From Octopus sinensis (Eukaryota), in contig NC_043012.1 in the NCBI RefSeq assembly GCF_006345805.1, positions 11,842,001 to 11,906,000 on the forward strand: DNA of 64,000 nucleotides, in the 5' to 3' direction. The number at the start of each line of letters is the position of its first letter. Position 1 is the stretch's first letter. A program made the position numbers and the translations under genes. Positions 41,920 to 55,400 of this stretch are shown here, in pieces. A model generated the notes under the pieces. The model was not told the origin of the DNA, made no database searches, and was given only the letters and a program-made list of their open reading frames with translations.

Positions 41920-42910
41920 CTCACTCCCTCACTCACTCACTATGCTGTTACAATTTCCCACTCCGTGTCTTCCAATCACACCCCATGTCTCATGATCTTC
42001 ACCAACTCTAGCATTAAAACCGTCCAGTATGATAATCTTATCCTCGTGTGGAATTTTGCGGATATTTTCTTTCGGCACATCATAAAAGGAGAGCTTTTCA
42101 TTTTCACTTGCATTCATAGTAGGTGCATAAACACTAACAAGTGTTACATACCGACCTTTTTTATAAAGGCAACCTCAGCAATATCATTCTATCATTTACA
42201 CTGTATGGCATTTCCTCTAACTTAGCAACCAAGGAAGTCTTCAGAGCAAAAGCAACATCACTTTCTTTTTTTGCAATTTTCTTTTTCTTCTTTCCACTCC
42301 AACAAAATGTGTAGCCACTGGACTTCTAAGTAAAGTTAGCTTGCCCAAGAAATCTAGTCTCTGATAATGCTACAATGTCCATTGCATACTTTTGCATCTC
42401 GTTACCAATAAGAGCGAACCCTCTCTCTGGGTATCTTTTATTTGATTCTGAATCTATCAACATTCTTACATTCCAGGATCCAATATTCATGGAAACTTTT
42501 CTGTTGTTGCTGTAGGTAGTAGCAGGTTAATGACCGAGCCCAGGCTGCTATTCCCTGGGGCACCTGCCGGGCCAGACCTGTTCACCTCTGGATCCCAAGC
42601 TCTTTTTGCCATTTACATTTTCCTAGTTTATGTCTCTCATAATTGTATTTAAGCCTTTTTTCGGGTTACGACCAGCCCCATTCATTGAGCTCATGTAACT
42701 TCAGCAAAATTTGCTCAAGCAATACCGGTGCCAGAAACGTCTTAAAGTGAGGAGAGAGCTTGCACTCACCCATTCCCACTCTCTAAGTACCAAAAGCATA
42801 ACCCATAAAGAGGAATAGATCCTCATCAACGGATGCTCTTTGAGACTGCTGGTTTAATTTCGGAGTATCCTTCTCCAAGACTAAAAGGCTGCTATTCGCC
42901 CATCGTAGGG
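41920..42910 (-). mobile_element. RTE LINE 5' part (5' UTR plus APE endonuclease)
   Basis: MNIGSWNVRML, MDIVALSETR, KIIILDGFNARVGEDHETWGVIGRHGVGNCNS. Confidence 0.9.
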
Positions 42911-43419
42911 TTTTTACATGCATTTACACCAACACAACACACATTAACAGCCACAAAGTTAGTAGTAATGAGTACACACCATCACACACACTATACAAGA
43001 TAAAAAAATATAAATACATATATACATAGTACAAATAAAAATATAAAAATATATACACATATACAATAAAATGCCATGTACATAATACACATAAAATAAT
43101 TCATAAAAATTCATTAAAAAATATACACACACACATAACACAAAATACACGCACACAATTTTACATACTTTATTGGATGGCCGTTGACTCTTCCGAGTTC
43201 TTCCGCCATTTGACGTGTCTTGTTTTTTTTATCCAGCAGGATTCCAACAGTCACCCTCCTCACAAAGTAAGCTTGGTGGTGTTGCCGATGTAGTCACCGA
43301 CGACCTGACCGTGAAACAGGTTGTACTGGGTTACATGTTACCTGCAGCACATATGAGCGACCTGACATTTATATACATACATACATGCATACACACAAAG
43401 TTATATATATATATATCAC

Positions 43420-43725
43420 CGTGATCACTGTGACCGACCAGGCTATCTGATGTTGCTACACATCGCTGGTCACAATGCGCTTCGCATTGTTTTAGCCTTA
43501 AAATGACACCACACCGCAGGCTAGGCGAGCAGGCCAACAGAAGAAAGAGTGAGAGAAAGTTGTGGCGAAAGAGGATAGTAGGAATCGCCACCTCTTCCTG
43601 TCGGACCTCGTGAGAGCTTTAGGTGTTTTCGCCCAATAAGCACTTACAACGCCCAGTCTGGGAATCGAAACCGAGATCCTATGACCGCGAGTCCCTGCCC
43701 CAACCACTGGGCCATTGCGTCTCCA
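43420..43725 (-). mobile_element. SINE family D
   Basis: Minus strand gcaatggcccagtggttggggcagggactcgcggtc..ggtttcgattcccagac. Confidence 0.8.
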
Positions 43726-44151
43726 CACACACACATATATATGTGTATATGCACACACATTTCTCCAGGTACTTTGCTGATACATATACATGGCTGTGGG
43801 TGTACGTGTGTGGCTGCGTTTAGGTATGCATTATGGAAATAGTGTAAAAGAAAAAGATATAATTGAGCACGAGCAAAGGCAGTCAAGCGGAACCTGTTTC
43901 AGATGACATCTGCTGCCTGTTAGACGTTTGTGTAATGTGTTTGAAATACTCAATTACAACAGGTGACATTCTAATTAGTAAGTTTTCAGCCTGGTTCAGG
44001 AAAGACATCAATCAATTTGAAAGAAGGCGTGACACTGTCGTAAGAAGTTTGCTTCCAAACCACAAGCTTCCGGTTCTAGTCCTACTATATAGGCTCAGAC
44101 CGACCAAAGGCTTGTGTGTGGATCTGGTAGACAGAAACTGAAAAAAGCCCC

Positions 44152-44255
<104 letters not shown>

Positions 44256-44386
44256 ATATCTATCTATCTATCTATCTAGATTCAGATGAATATGGTACTT
44301 AAGTTGAGGCCCAGAATTTAGTACGGTATTATCATACAATTTCAAAATAAGGTGATTAAAATCATAATAATTGTTATTTATTTTAA

Positions 44387-44483
<97 letters not shown>

Positions 44484-44496
44484 CTATATGTATGTA

Positions 44497-45405
44497 CGTA
44501 TGTATGTGTGTGTGTGTCGTGACGATGCAACATCGCTGGGGTTCTGTATTTTCTGCGAGACTTTCGTATCGTCTGCGTAGCTAGCAAGGCTGGCTATCCG
44601 GGCAGCCCGGAGCATATTTGAGAGGGCCACTATGAAAAGCAGTGGTCCCAAGACAGTACCCTGTGGAGTACCGCTCACTATTTGTATCGGCCACTACTGC
44701 CTGACTTCTGTCTTTCAAAAAGTCATGTAACAACTCTCCAAGTTTCCCAGCTAAGCCGAGATCACGCAGTTTATGGCATGTCATACCTTGATCCACTTTA
44801 TCAAAGGTTTTTGGGTCAGGCAGCTCCAACCTGGTGGAAAGGCATGCTAGATACCACTCAGCAAGTCGTTTTCTTCTATGAATGAGAATAGTTTCCCTCT
44901 GACTATCTGTTCCATGACTTTGCTGATATGTGAAGTCAGAGAGATAGGCCTATAGCTTTTGGCATCTGCTCTGCTTCCTCATTTATGGATTGGGCATAAT
45001 ATTCCCTCATTCAGTTTGCGTGGTAGCCTGCCATTTGCAAGAAAGCTCTGGAAGAGAATCTGCAGTGGTTTCGCCAGGGCACGCTTACATAATTTAAGGA
45101 GGATTGCTGGGAAACCATCAGGACTAGCAATTGACTTTGCATCCACCTCATTTATGGCAAGTAGTAAATCTTCTTCACTAATGTCGATGTAATCCATCAT
45201 AACTGCCTCGCTGGTTATAGGTGAGGCGGCAAAGAAATCCACTGGTTCGTCCACTTGTCTGTGTTCCAATGGGTGGTAAAGACACTTTGGAATTGGTCAT
45301 TCAGTACCTCACTGATTCTAGTTGGAATATTTGTGAAGGAGCCATCCTTTTGGAAGAGGGGTCCTATCTTGCAGCGTACTGAGGCTGTTTCTTTGGCATA
45401 ATGTG
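44497..45405 (-). mobile_element. CR1/L2/Jockey-group LINE RT fragment
   Basis: SPDGFPAILLKLC, YRPISLTSHISKVME, GTPQGTVLGPLLF..SYADDTK. Confidence 0.9.
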
Positions 45406-46157
45406 GTTCAGTAGATATGTTTCAGGTAAGTGGTTCAATGGTCATGTTTCAGGTAAGCGATGTGTAAATGAGGATAGGCAGTTTGATAAAAAAAACATAG
45501 AGCAATCAGGTGGTGGTGGTGGTGGTAGTGGTGGTAGTGGTAGAGATAATTCGCTAGATATTAAATATAGCTAGGTGCATACGAAAAGCAAAAACTTCGT
45601 AATCCAACACTGGAATAGATTATGGTCTGTCTGGTGCTCTGCTAAAATATACTTTGTAACATGTGAACATGATGAGAAAATTTCGCGGTAGGTATTTATA
45701 TAGCCCCTGAAGGCTCTTAGGTCTTTAGAAGATAAACTTTTTCAAGCTAGCCAACGGAATATCTTTTTAATCGTTTGATATAATGTCTGGGTTAAGAAAG
45801 GGTATTCCAGTTGATATAGTTGTTGATGTCCGCTTCCTTAAGTCTGCAGATTACTGCGTAGAGGTTTGTTGTGTGTCTATTCTCGGGAAGCCTTATTAAG
45901 GAAGGAAGAGAGTTGCTGCATCTGGATTTAAATTTAATGAGTTTCTTTTGTGACTGTTTATACTCTCATCTAAGTGTAAACATTGGGTTGGTAGATATTC
46001 ATCACTGATGCATTTTCAAATGAACGAGAACAGCTATTTCTGCATTCAATATCAAATCATTAGAAGTTATTTGGATACAGAGAGACCAATCGATAGATAT
46101 ATAGATATGTATGTATATATATACACAGGTATATATGTATATACATACATACACACA

Positions 46158-46195
<38 letters not shown>

Positions 46196-46851
46196 ATATA
46201 TATATATATTATATATATATAAAGCAAAAGATGGGTTGGAGTATTATCAGATTATCAATAGAACCACATTTAAAACACGAATGATAACAACTATGGACAT
46301 ACATATGCAATTAACATTGCACATACGAAGACACTTACCAAGACTGATCGATAACTTGATACTTGGACAGACGAAAATACAAAGCGCAAAACAAGGATGA
46401 AGCAACAGGGAAAGAAAACAGAAAAAGAGAAATACAGATACAGATTGACACTCATCGACAACTGTATGCCAAAAATGGTACGTCTGAAACATTCATACAT
46501 ACATATATACATACATACATACTTAAATATATATATATATATATGTATGTATGTATATTTACATAAGTACACACACATCTATACATAAATGTGTGTGTGT
46601 GTGTATTTAAGGACGCATTCATTCATAAATAGTTCCGTCGATCAATCGATAGCTCAATAAATAGCAAGAAGAGAGCTTGTGCGAATGTGTGAGAAAATAA
46701 TTATTAATTGATCAGGATTTACACACACACATATATGCGAGAGCGTACATATATATATATATATGTATGGGCATATACATAAATATATATATATATATAT
46801 ATATGTATGGGCATATATATATATGTATATATGTAATTATATATATATATA

Positions 46852-46899
<48 letters not shown>

Positions 46900-46944
46900 T
46901 ATATATATATTATATATATATATATATATTTATATGTTTGGTTG

Positions 46945-47240
46945 TTCCTTCTCGAGCCATGCCCAGCTCATAAGGGCCGGTTTCTCGGTTTCCTTGGCGT
47001 ATAGATTCCCCACCTTGACAGGACGCCGGTCCGTCGCAGGTTAGCTGCAAGATGCAGGAGGAAAGAGTGAGAGAAAGTTGTGGCGAAAGAATCAGCAGAA
47101 GTTCGCCATTGCCTTCTGCCGGAGCTCCGTGGAGCTTAGGTGTTTCGCTCATAAACGCGCACATCGCCCGGTCTGAAATTCGGGTCCGAGATTCCTCGAC
47201 CGCGAGCCCGCTGCTCTAACCACTAGGCCATGTGCCTCCA
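46945..47240 (-). mobile_element. SINE family D
   Basis: Minus strand ggaggcacatggcctagtggttagagcagcgggctcgcggtcg.. Confidence 0.8.
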
Positions 47241-47251
47241 CACACACACAC

Positions 47252-47340
<89 letters not shown>

Positions 47341-47610
47341 CATCTATCTATCTATCTATAAACAATATATTTATTATAATAGTCAATATTGCCTACGCGT
47401 GTTTCGGTTTATTACTTAAATCGATATAAATACAATTACGTTGCATTATGAATTTGAAAACCAGAAACCTTCAGTGGGGCAAAAATTTACTGTTATCAAG
47501 GTAAAATTTTGTTTACTTTTTCACGTATCTTAAAGGATGTTGAAGTGATCCTAACGTGTCTTGCGTGTGCTTTTTAAATGGCTTATAGACACCTTCCACG
47601 CTTCAATTAT

Positions 47611-47644
<34 letters not shown>

Positions 47645-47646
<2 letters not shown>

Positions 47647-47850
47647 CATTCTGTCCGGCATCCGCCGTGATAGATCGCTGGCCACTACACATTCTTTATT
47701 TTCTCTTCTTGTTTCTTTCTCTGTTCCTTTCTGTGGAAGAGCGTAGGCTCGAAACGTTAAAGAATTTTTCACCTCCTTAGCGTTAAACTAATCTGTTGTT
47801 GTCTGCACCACCGATCTTCCTCTTTTGTTTTTTGTGAATTCTCCCTATAT
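47645..47850 (+). mobile_element. pLTR-like repeat C1, motif at 47727-47762
   Basis: cttt CTGTGGA A GAGC gtag GCTC GAAACGTT aaag; (AT)n on both sides. Confidence 0.7.
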
Positions 47851-48666
47851 ATATGCGTGTGATACGGGCGTGTGTAATATATGTATATTACATATGTGTA
47901 TGTATGTATGTATGTATAGATGTATAAATACGTATATTCACACACACACAACATACACACACACACACATATATATATACAATATATCTATCTAACTATA
48001 TAAAGAGAGAGAGAGAGAGAGTGAGAAAGAGACGTGGTCAGAGAGAAAATAGTGAGAAGTAAAATGACAGAACGAAAGAGAGAAAGAGAGAAGGGGAGGA
48101 GGAGGAGGAGGAGGAAAGAAAGAAATTGATAGAGAAAGGGAGCGGCAGCGTTCGTATTTGGTCTACATTAATAACGTTTGGCAATTAGACAACGATCAAT
48201 AGTCTACTGCATTCAGTCTCCACTGTCACTACTCCCTCCTACGGCACAGACCCTTAGCAATAATCAAAACACTGGCACACTCTGCTTATCAAAGCGGAAA
48301 GTAAGCTCCAGTCTGTCTCTCAGACCCTCTTTTCTTCAACTATTCCACCCAATCCCACCACCTTTTTTCAAATCTGTATTCTACCCCGTCCGTTTTTCGT
48401 GACATTTTCCCGATCTTTGTCTTATATTGTGCATTAATATTTACACAATAAATCGTCTTCTTTCATGTATATTATAATTATTTATCTTTCAATGAAAACG
48501 AAGTTTCCTTCCAGGAAAACAGATGACATCTTTTATTTCAGTCAAGAAATGGGAAGATGTGATGCTCATTCTTTTACTAAAGTCATTATGTAATTTATAT
48601 ACATATACATATATGTCCATACATATACATATATATATACTTATATATCTATACAACCCACACACA

Positions 48667-48698
<32 letters not shown>

Positions 48699-48758
48699 CC
48701 ACACACACAAACACACACACACTCACACACATATACATATATAGATGAATAGATAGGT

Positions 48759-48810
<52 letters not shown>

Positions 48811-48819
48811 GTAATCGGA

Positions 48820-49200
48820 CATGATTGTTGGCGATATTTTTCCCTCCTTCGTTTTTTGGACTTTTCTGTTTCTTCCTGTTTCAGAAGAAGAGCTATGCTC
48901 AAAACGTAAAACTTCTACTCTTTTCCTTCTCTGATTGTCTTATTAATACATTACTTGTGCCACGCCCAAACGCTTGCTTGTTTCTTGTCTTTTTCTGTTT
49001 TTTTAATTGGTTATATGTATATATATAAAACGAAGAACAAACGCAAAAAGCAACAACGCGAGGACATGGTACATGTAAAATATTAGCAGACCCTCAGGGA
49101 CGGAAAGAAAGGTGGTTTTACGTTTCGAGCAAAGCTCTTCTTCAGAAACAGAGAAAACGAAGAGGGAGGAGAAAAATCGCCAACGATTCACATGTGGTTA
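48820..49200. mobile_element. Tail-to-tail pair of C2 repeats (+ at about 48820-49010, - at about 49030-49200)
   Basis: ttggcgat..ttt...gaagaagagct..gctc.aaacgtaaaac present in both orientations. Confidence 0.7.
49115..49149 (-). ncRNA. Minimal type I hammerhead ribozyme motif
   Basis: GUUU CUGAAGA A GAGC-UUU-GCUC GAAACGUA AAAC; all core positions are canonical. Confidence 0.7.
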
Positions 49201-49280
49201 CACACACACACACACACACACACACAGATACACAGACACAGACACACACAGACACACAGACACACAGACACACACACACA

Positions 49281-49331
<51 letters not shown>

Positions 49332-49489
49332 GTATGTATGTATGTATATATAAAATGCAAAATTGGACAACAAAACATCCAGTTCACACACACACACACG
49401 CACACATATATATGCATATATACATATATATAAATATATATACATACACACGCACACACACACATATATAAATATATATAACGGGAAGC

Positions 49490-49700
49490 TTTATGAAAAT
49501 AGACAAAAGACGAAGGCAGGTGGAAAACAAACGAACAATTGTATTAGTATGGCGCTCAGGAAATATAAATAAAACAAGTCTTTAACGTTTCGAGCCTACG
49601 CTCTTCAACAGAAAGATACACAGAGAGAAAAAAAACACAGAAAGAAGGAGAGAAAAAAAATGCGTGCAGTAGCTAACGAATCAACATGGCGATCTCATAT
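49490..49700 (-). mobile_element. pLTR-like repeat C1, motif at 49580-49615
   Basis: cttt CTGTTGA A GAGC gtag GCTC GAAACGTT aaag. Confidence 0.65.
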
Positions 49701-50889
49701 ACGCACACACACATAGAGATACACATGCATATAAAATATGTTTATCAAAATCTAATTTATCATCGTTAGTCCGACAAAATGTTGTTTCGCCCAGAGGCCA
49801 TCGGAAATGTGAGGCGAAACAATATACTTTTATTCACTCACAGATTTATCCTTGAGCACATTTTTGTAAGTCCCCACCACCTGATTTTCTTTCCTAATAG
49901 CTTCAAAAGACGAAATGCCATTTTAATGGCATTTTCTACAAATACGCTTCAGATGGCGTAGATTCCGATTGTATCGGAATTTGTTGTGAAAATACATTGA
50001 CCGCAGGTGGAAAGAGGAGTTTGGGAAAATTCACACGAGTCAGATTTGTTTCCCTACAACATTTATATAAATGGTTAATTTTTCATCAAATTTACTACAA
50101 ATACATTTCAGATTGTATACATAATGATTATATCGGAATTTAATATGAAAAAAAGAAAATAATATATGTGGAACATGCACAAATACATAATAACACACAT
50201 CATAATATTTTCCCGAAATTTCATGCCTCCCCCACCTTGACTCAGGATATGATAACTGGAGACTGAGTGACAGAGAGCCGCACCAGCATCTGGTGCTACT
50301 TATTGACTGCTAGGTAGAGTGAAAGAGGGTGAAAGGAAGTGCCTTGTTCAAGGATACAAAACAACACCCGGCCCAGGGATCGAATTGACCACATTATTAT
50401 TGAGAGCCAATATACTATAATTATAAGAACTTGAACTCAGAGCTACGTGGTTGCAAAATCAATTTCTTGATCGTGCAACAATTCCTGCATTCATTGATCA
50501 GTATAGCGAGAGGTTCATCCGCATTCCGTTAGTCGTGGCGTGGAGTATTCATGCATGCTGGGCCAGCAAAACAACAACAACAACAACGGGAGTTGTTTGC
50601 CTCTTTAGAACGGCCACTTCAAACACGAAGTATAGCTGACACTTGAAAGACAAAGCTAACGATGGAATATTTCCACAGAACACTTCAATCAAAATACGTT
50701 ATCATCAAAATAACTATCTAATTATAATTCAGATATCGTTCCATAGAAATTAATTTTTTTCCCCATAATATTGTGTAACGTTTTGGTTATACTTTCTTCA
50801 GCAAGTTACAGGAAACTAAAGCTATAGTAATTCGGTGGTGGTGAATCTCAAGAGTGCGAGATGAGATCAAATTGTCACCGATATATATA

Positions 50890-50920
<31 letters not shown>

Positions 50921-51025
50921 ATTTAGGTATAGGATAAAATCTTTATAAGAATTTATTAAGTAGTTAGCGTGAAAAACCTCATAAGGGAAAAATTTATTAA
51001 TTATTCCCTATAAATATATTTATTT

Positions 51026-51141
51026 ATATTAAGGGTATTACTATATATAAATGCCTCACGCTAGGAGGGACTCTTAAACTCAAAACTTTAAGAGTCCCGC
51101 CTAGCGTGAGTCATTTATGTATAGTAATGCCCTTAATATAT
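51026..51141. repeat. Fold-back palindrome (about 53-bp arms, 8-nt loop) at the end of an (AT)n-flanked repeat
   Basis: taagggtattactatatataaatgcctcacgctaggagggactcttaaa / tttaagagtcccgcctagcgtgagtcatttatgtatagtaatgccctta; an unfolded relative lies at 19155-19270. Confidence 0.85.
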
Positions 51142-51762
51142 ATATATATATGGGTAAAGCCATCAATGAATTCTATTTTTCATGTACTGCATGTCTGAAT
51201 ATACCTGAGCATATTTTTGCAAGCATTAAACATATAAACATACATTCTCTCAGCAATATAACTATTAATAGCAGATCTGTGATTTTACCATTTTTTTTTT
51301 TTTTTTGCTGCTGTCTAAGATTGCGGTGGTCGGAGATTGCAGTTCGCTTTGTTCTTAACACCGCCAATAACCAATACCGCAACCGACGCCGCCACCACTA
51401 CCACCACCACTACCAACAACAATATATAAACCATTACCCTCGTCAATATATACATGCCATCCCCACTCAGATTACCCCTCCCACTTATCTTCAGCACTCT
51501 TCTTATTGATTCTTATTACCTTTTTTTCTTGTTATTTTATTCTCAAACTTAAATATCCTATTTTTGTGTGTTATTAAATATGTTTATGATTTAAGGTTAA
51601 TCTCAACATTTCTGTCTTGAGAAAATAGCTTTAATTTCCGGTTGCAATTAATGAATTCACCTCAGATTATATCTTCGTTTCCTCTTCTTCCTTCCGTCCT
51701 ACCTTCTTTCCTTCCTCCTCTGCCACTTTCTCTTTCTTCTCTCTCTTCTTCTCCAGCATCTC

Positions 51763-51769
<7 letters not shown>

Positions 51770-51799
<30 letters not shown>

Positions 51800-52065
51800 T
51801 TCTTGTTCTTGTTGTTCTTATTGTTGTTGTTGTTGTTGTTGTTGTTGCTGTTGTTGTTGTTGTTGTTTCTTCTTCTTCTACTTCTTCTTGCTGTTGTTGT
51901 TGTTGTTGTTGTTGTTCTTCTTCTTCTTCTTCTCCTTCTCCTTCTTCTTCTTCTTCTTCTTCTTCTTTTTCTTCTTCTTCTTTTTCTTCTTCTTTTTCTT
52001 CTTCTTCTTTTTCTTCTTCTTCTTTTTCTTCTTCTTCTTCTTTATCTCCTCCTCTTCCTTCTTCT
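51770..52065. repeat. Compound trinucleotide tract (CAT)(TGT)(TTC)
   Basis: Directly visible. Confidence 0.95.
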
Positions 52066-52502
52066 CCTACACTTCTTCCCGCTCCTTTCTCTTAGTTTTG
52101 CTCTGCAGCTATTAAATTCTTTCTGGTACCATTTATCATTTTTATGTCAGAATTTCTATGAAAACTATCGCCGTTTAAATCATCATCGCCAAGCTGTTAG
52201 AAAACGGGTTTCATTTCTTTCCTTCTCCTTCTTCTCATTCATTCATTTTCTTTTTTTTTTAATCTTGTTTTATTCTGATTTTTCTTTTCCTTTTCCATTT
52301 TCTTTTTCTCTTTCTTTTCTTTTTTTTGGTAAAACTCAGCAATTGTAATAATGGTCAATATGACAGCAACATCGAAAAGCAGCGGACTCTGGAATATGAA
52401 ATGTTGTTTCAATTTCCGGCTGAAGCAAAATTTGCTTTCATTTAGAACGCTTATACCTTCAGGGTAAATCATGAGTATTATAATGAAAACTGTTACAGGA
52501 AG

Positions 52503-52557
<55 letters not shown>

Positions 52558-52579
52558 TATACATGTGATCTCTTGAGCA

Positions 52580-52775
52580 CCACCAGCAAACTTTTTTTCC
52601 TCTGTCTTCCCTTCTCGGATCTTTCCTTCTCCTTTGTTTCCGACGAAGAGCTCCGCTCGAAACGTTAACCCTCCTTCCCTTCTTTGCTGAGCGTCAAATA
52701 ATACTTTAATTGTTCCACGTCCTCGCGTTGCTGTGTTTTTTTCTGTGTTTTTCTGTTTGGATTAACTTTAACTAC
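52580..52775 (+). mobile_element. pLTR-like repeat C2, motif at about 52636-52670 (CCGACGA core)
   Basis: gttt CCGACGA A GAGC tcc GCTC GAAACGTT aacc. Confidence 0.65.
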
Positions 52776-52840
<65 letters not shown>

Positions 52841-53028
52841 ATATATATATATATATATACATATATATATACACACACATATATATATGTATATATATAT
52901 ATATAATATATATATATATATAATATATATATATATATAATTTCATAGATAGGTATATAAATAGAGAACGTGGATAACAGATATATCATCGATTTCCTTA
53001 ATTCTCTCACTACCTCTCTGCCCCTCTA

Positions 53029-53063
<35 letters not shown>

Positions 53064-54255
53064 ACTCTCCTTTATTTCACAGTGTATTTTCTGTCTTTTA
53101 TTTTTCATTTATGTTTCTGCTTCTTGAGTCAAATAAAATTCCCTTCTATTCCTCCTCATTCAATTTTTGTCTTTCTAGCCTCTCCTTTATATTTACTTAT
53201 AATTTGAGGGAAAATGTAGATTGTGAAGTGGGCGATATTTAGCTGTTATTTCTAGTGGTTTGTATGATTATATATTAGCTCCATCATTAGCTTCACTATT
53301 TCGTTGATATAAAAAGTCAATGAGTACATAGAAGCCAGTATTGAGTGTTGCGGGGTATGCCTTAGGACAAAGAAATCAGGTTCTATGCTGGGGGGATCGA
53401 GAAGGAAATCGTAGAGCCGAAACTGCGGCTGGCTTATTGTTTCCTCGCTTGTTTTATTCCGTTCTTGCCCTCTTGGTGGAAACAGGAATAAAATATCTCC
53501 ATCCATGAACGTCACATCCGGTCTGCTCCTGCGTAGCCATCTGATTCAGGCTGTTTGTATACATCTCACTGTCTGTCTCTCTGTCCGCCTGTGCTTGCCT
53601 ATCTGTCTATTTGCCTTTGCCTGTCTGTCTGTCTGTCTTTCTTTCTTTCTTTTTTTTCTTTCTTTCTCTCTCTATCTCTCTCTCTCTCTATCTCTCTATC
53701 TCTTTCTTCCTCTCCCAAGCGACTTCTTTAAATTCCTCGTGCTGTCGTGTTCACTTAACCTCTGTCACACTCACTTGCCGTCTAGTTCTGATGCTTTGGC
53801 TTTGTCCCTTCTCTCGAATATCGAACTGAATATCATATAGCTAGCTAGTTATTTCTCATTGCATATGTGTGTGCATATGCATGTGTTTGTGAGTGTGTGT
53901 TTGTGCATATATGTGTGTGTGTGTGTTCGAGTATTATGTGTGCACTTCACATCGGCGCGTTTACAACCAGCAGCTCCATCCCTTGAGCGATTTGTACGAT
54001 ACACTAGAAAACAAGATGTTGCTTGTCATTCGTTCGACCTAATTCCATTTCCTGAGGACAAAAGGCACCACGTGAGACTCTATTAAAATGCATTGTAACC
54101 GATTTTGAGAGAATGAGAAAAAGCAAAATTGCCTCTACTATTTGACTGCTGCTAAATTTCCCTGAAGAATAAAACACAAAGTTGACATCAGCGAGATTTG
54201 AACACACACGCATACACACATATTTACACACACATACGCACATTCACACACACAT

Positions 54256-54296
<41 letters not shown>

Positions 54297-54335
54297 CGCA
54301 CATATGCACATATATACGCATAAATGTATGTATAC

Positions 54336-54565
54336 CTATTTCTTTATTACCCACAAGGGGCTAAACACAGAGGGGACAAACAAGGACAGACATAGGTATT
54401 AAGTCGATTACATCGACCCCAGTGCGTAACTGGTACTTTATTTATCGACCCCGAAAGGATGAAAGGCAAAGTCGACCTCGGCGGAATTTGAACTCAGAAC
54501 GTAGCGACAAACGAAATACCGCTTAGCATTTTGCCCGACGTGCTAACGCTTCTGCCAGCTCACCG
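54336..54565 (-). mobile_element. SINE family A, near full length
   Basis: Complete core and tail. Confidence 0.85.
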
Positions 54566-54577
54566 CATAAATGTATG

Positions 54578-55027
54578 TATACCCTTTACTCTTACTCTTA
54601 TATTTGTTTGAGTTATTTGACTACGGCCATGCTGGAGCACCGCCTTTGATCGAACATATCGACCTTAGCACTTATTATTTATAAGCCTAGTACTTATTCT
54701 ATTGGTCACTTTTACCCAACCGCTAAGTTAGGGAGACGCAATCACACCAACATCGGTTTTCAAGCGCTGGTGGGAGGACAAATACAGACACAAACGCACA
54801 CGCACGCACACACACACACACACACACAACACACACACACACACACCACACACACACTCACACACGACGGGCTTCTTTCCGTTTCCGTCTTCCAAATTCA
54901 GTCACAAAGCATTAGTCAGCTCGAGTATAGTAGAAGACACTTGTCCAAGGTGCCACGCAGTGGGACTGAACTCGGAACCATGTGGTTGGTAAGCAAGCTA
55001 CTTCCCACGCAGCCACTCTTGCGCCTA
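54578..55027 (-). mobile_element. SINE family B with expanded internal (CA)n
   Basis: Head, body and tail all present. Confidence 0.8.
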
Positions 55028-55110
55028 TGCATGTATGTATGTACGTATGTATGTAGGTATGTATGTATGCATGTCTTTCTGTCTCTGTCTCTGTCTGTCT
55101 GTCTGTCTGT

Positions 55111-55194
<84 letters not shown>

Positions 55195-55198
<4 letters not shown>

Positions 55199-55400
55199 GA
55201 ATTTACCAAAGAAGCAAAAGACGAAGACGGGTGTCTAAACAACAAAAAGATGTTTTAGTTTAACGCTCGAGAAGAAAGAAGGTATTTTACGTTTCGAGCC
55301 TACGCTCTTCGACAGAAAGGAACACAAAAATAAACAGGGAGATAAAATAGTAAAAAGTTTAGTTGTTAGCGATCTATCATGGCGAATGCCGGACAGAGGA
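55195..55400 (-). mobile_element. pLTR-like repeat C1, motif at about 55284-55319
   Basis: cttt CTGTCGA A GAGC gtag GCTC GAAACGTA aaat. Confidence 0.65.
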
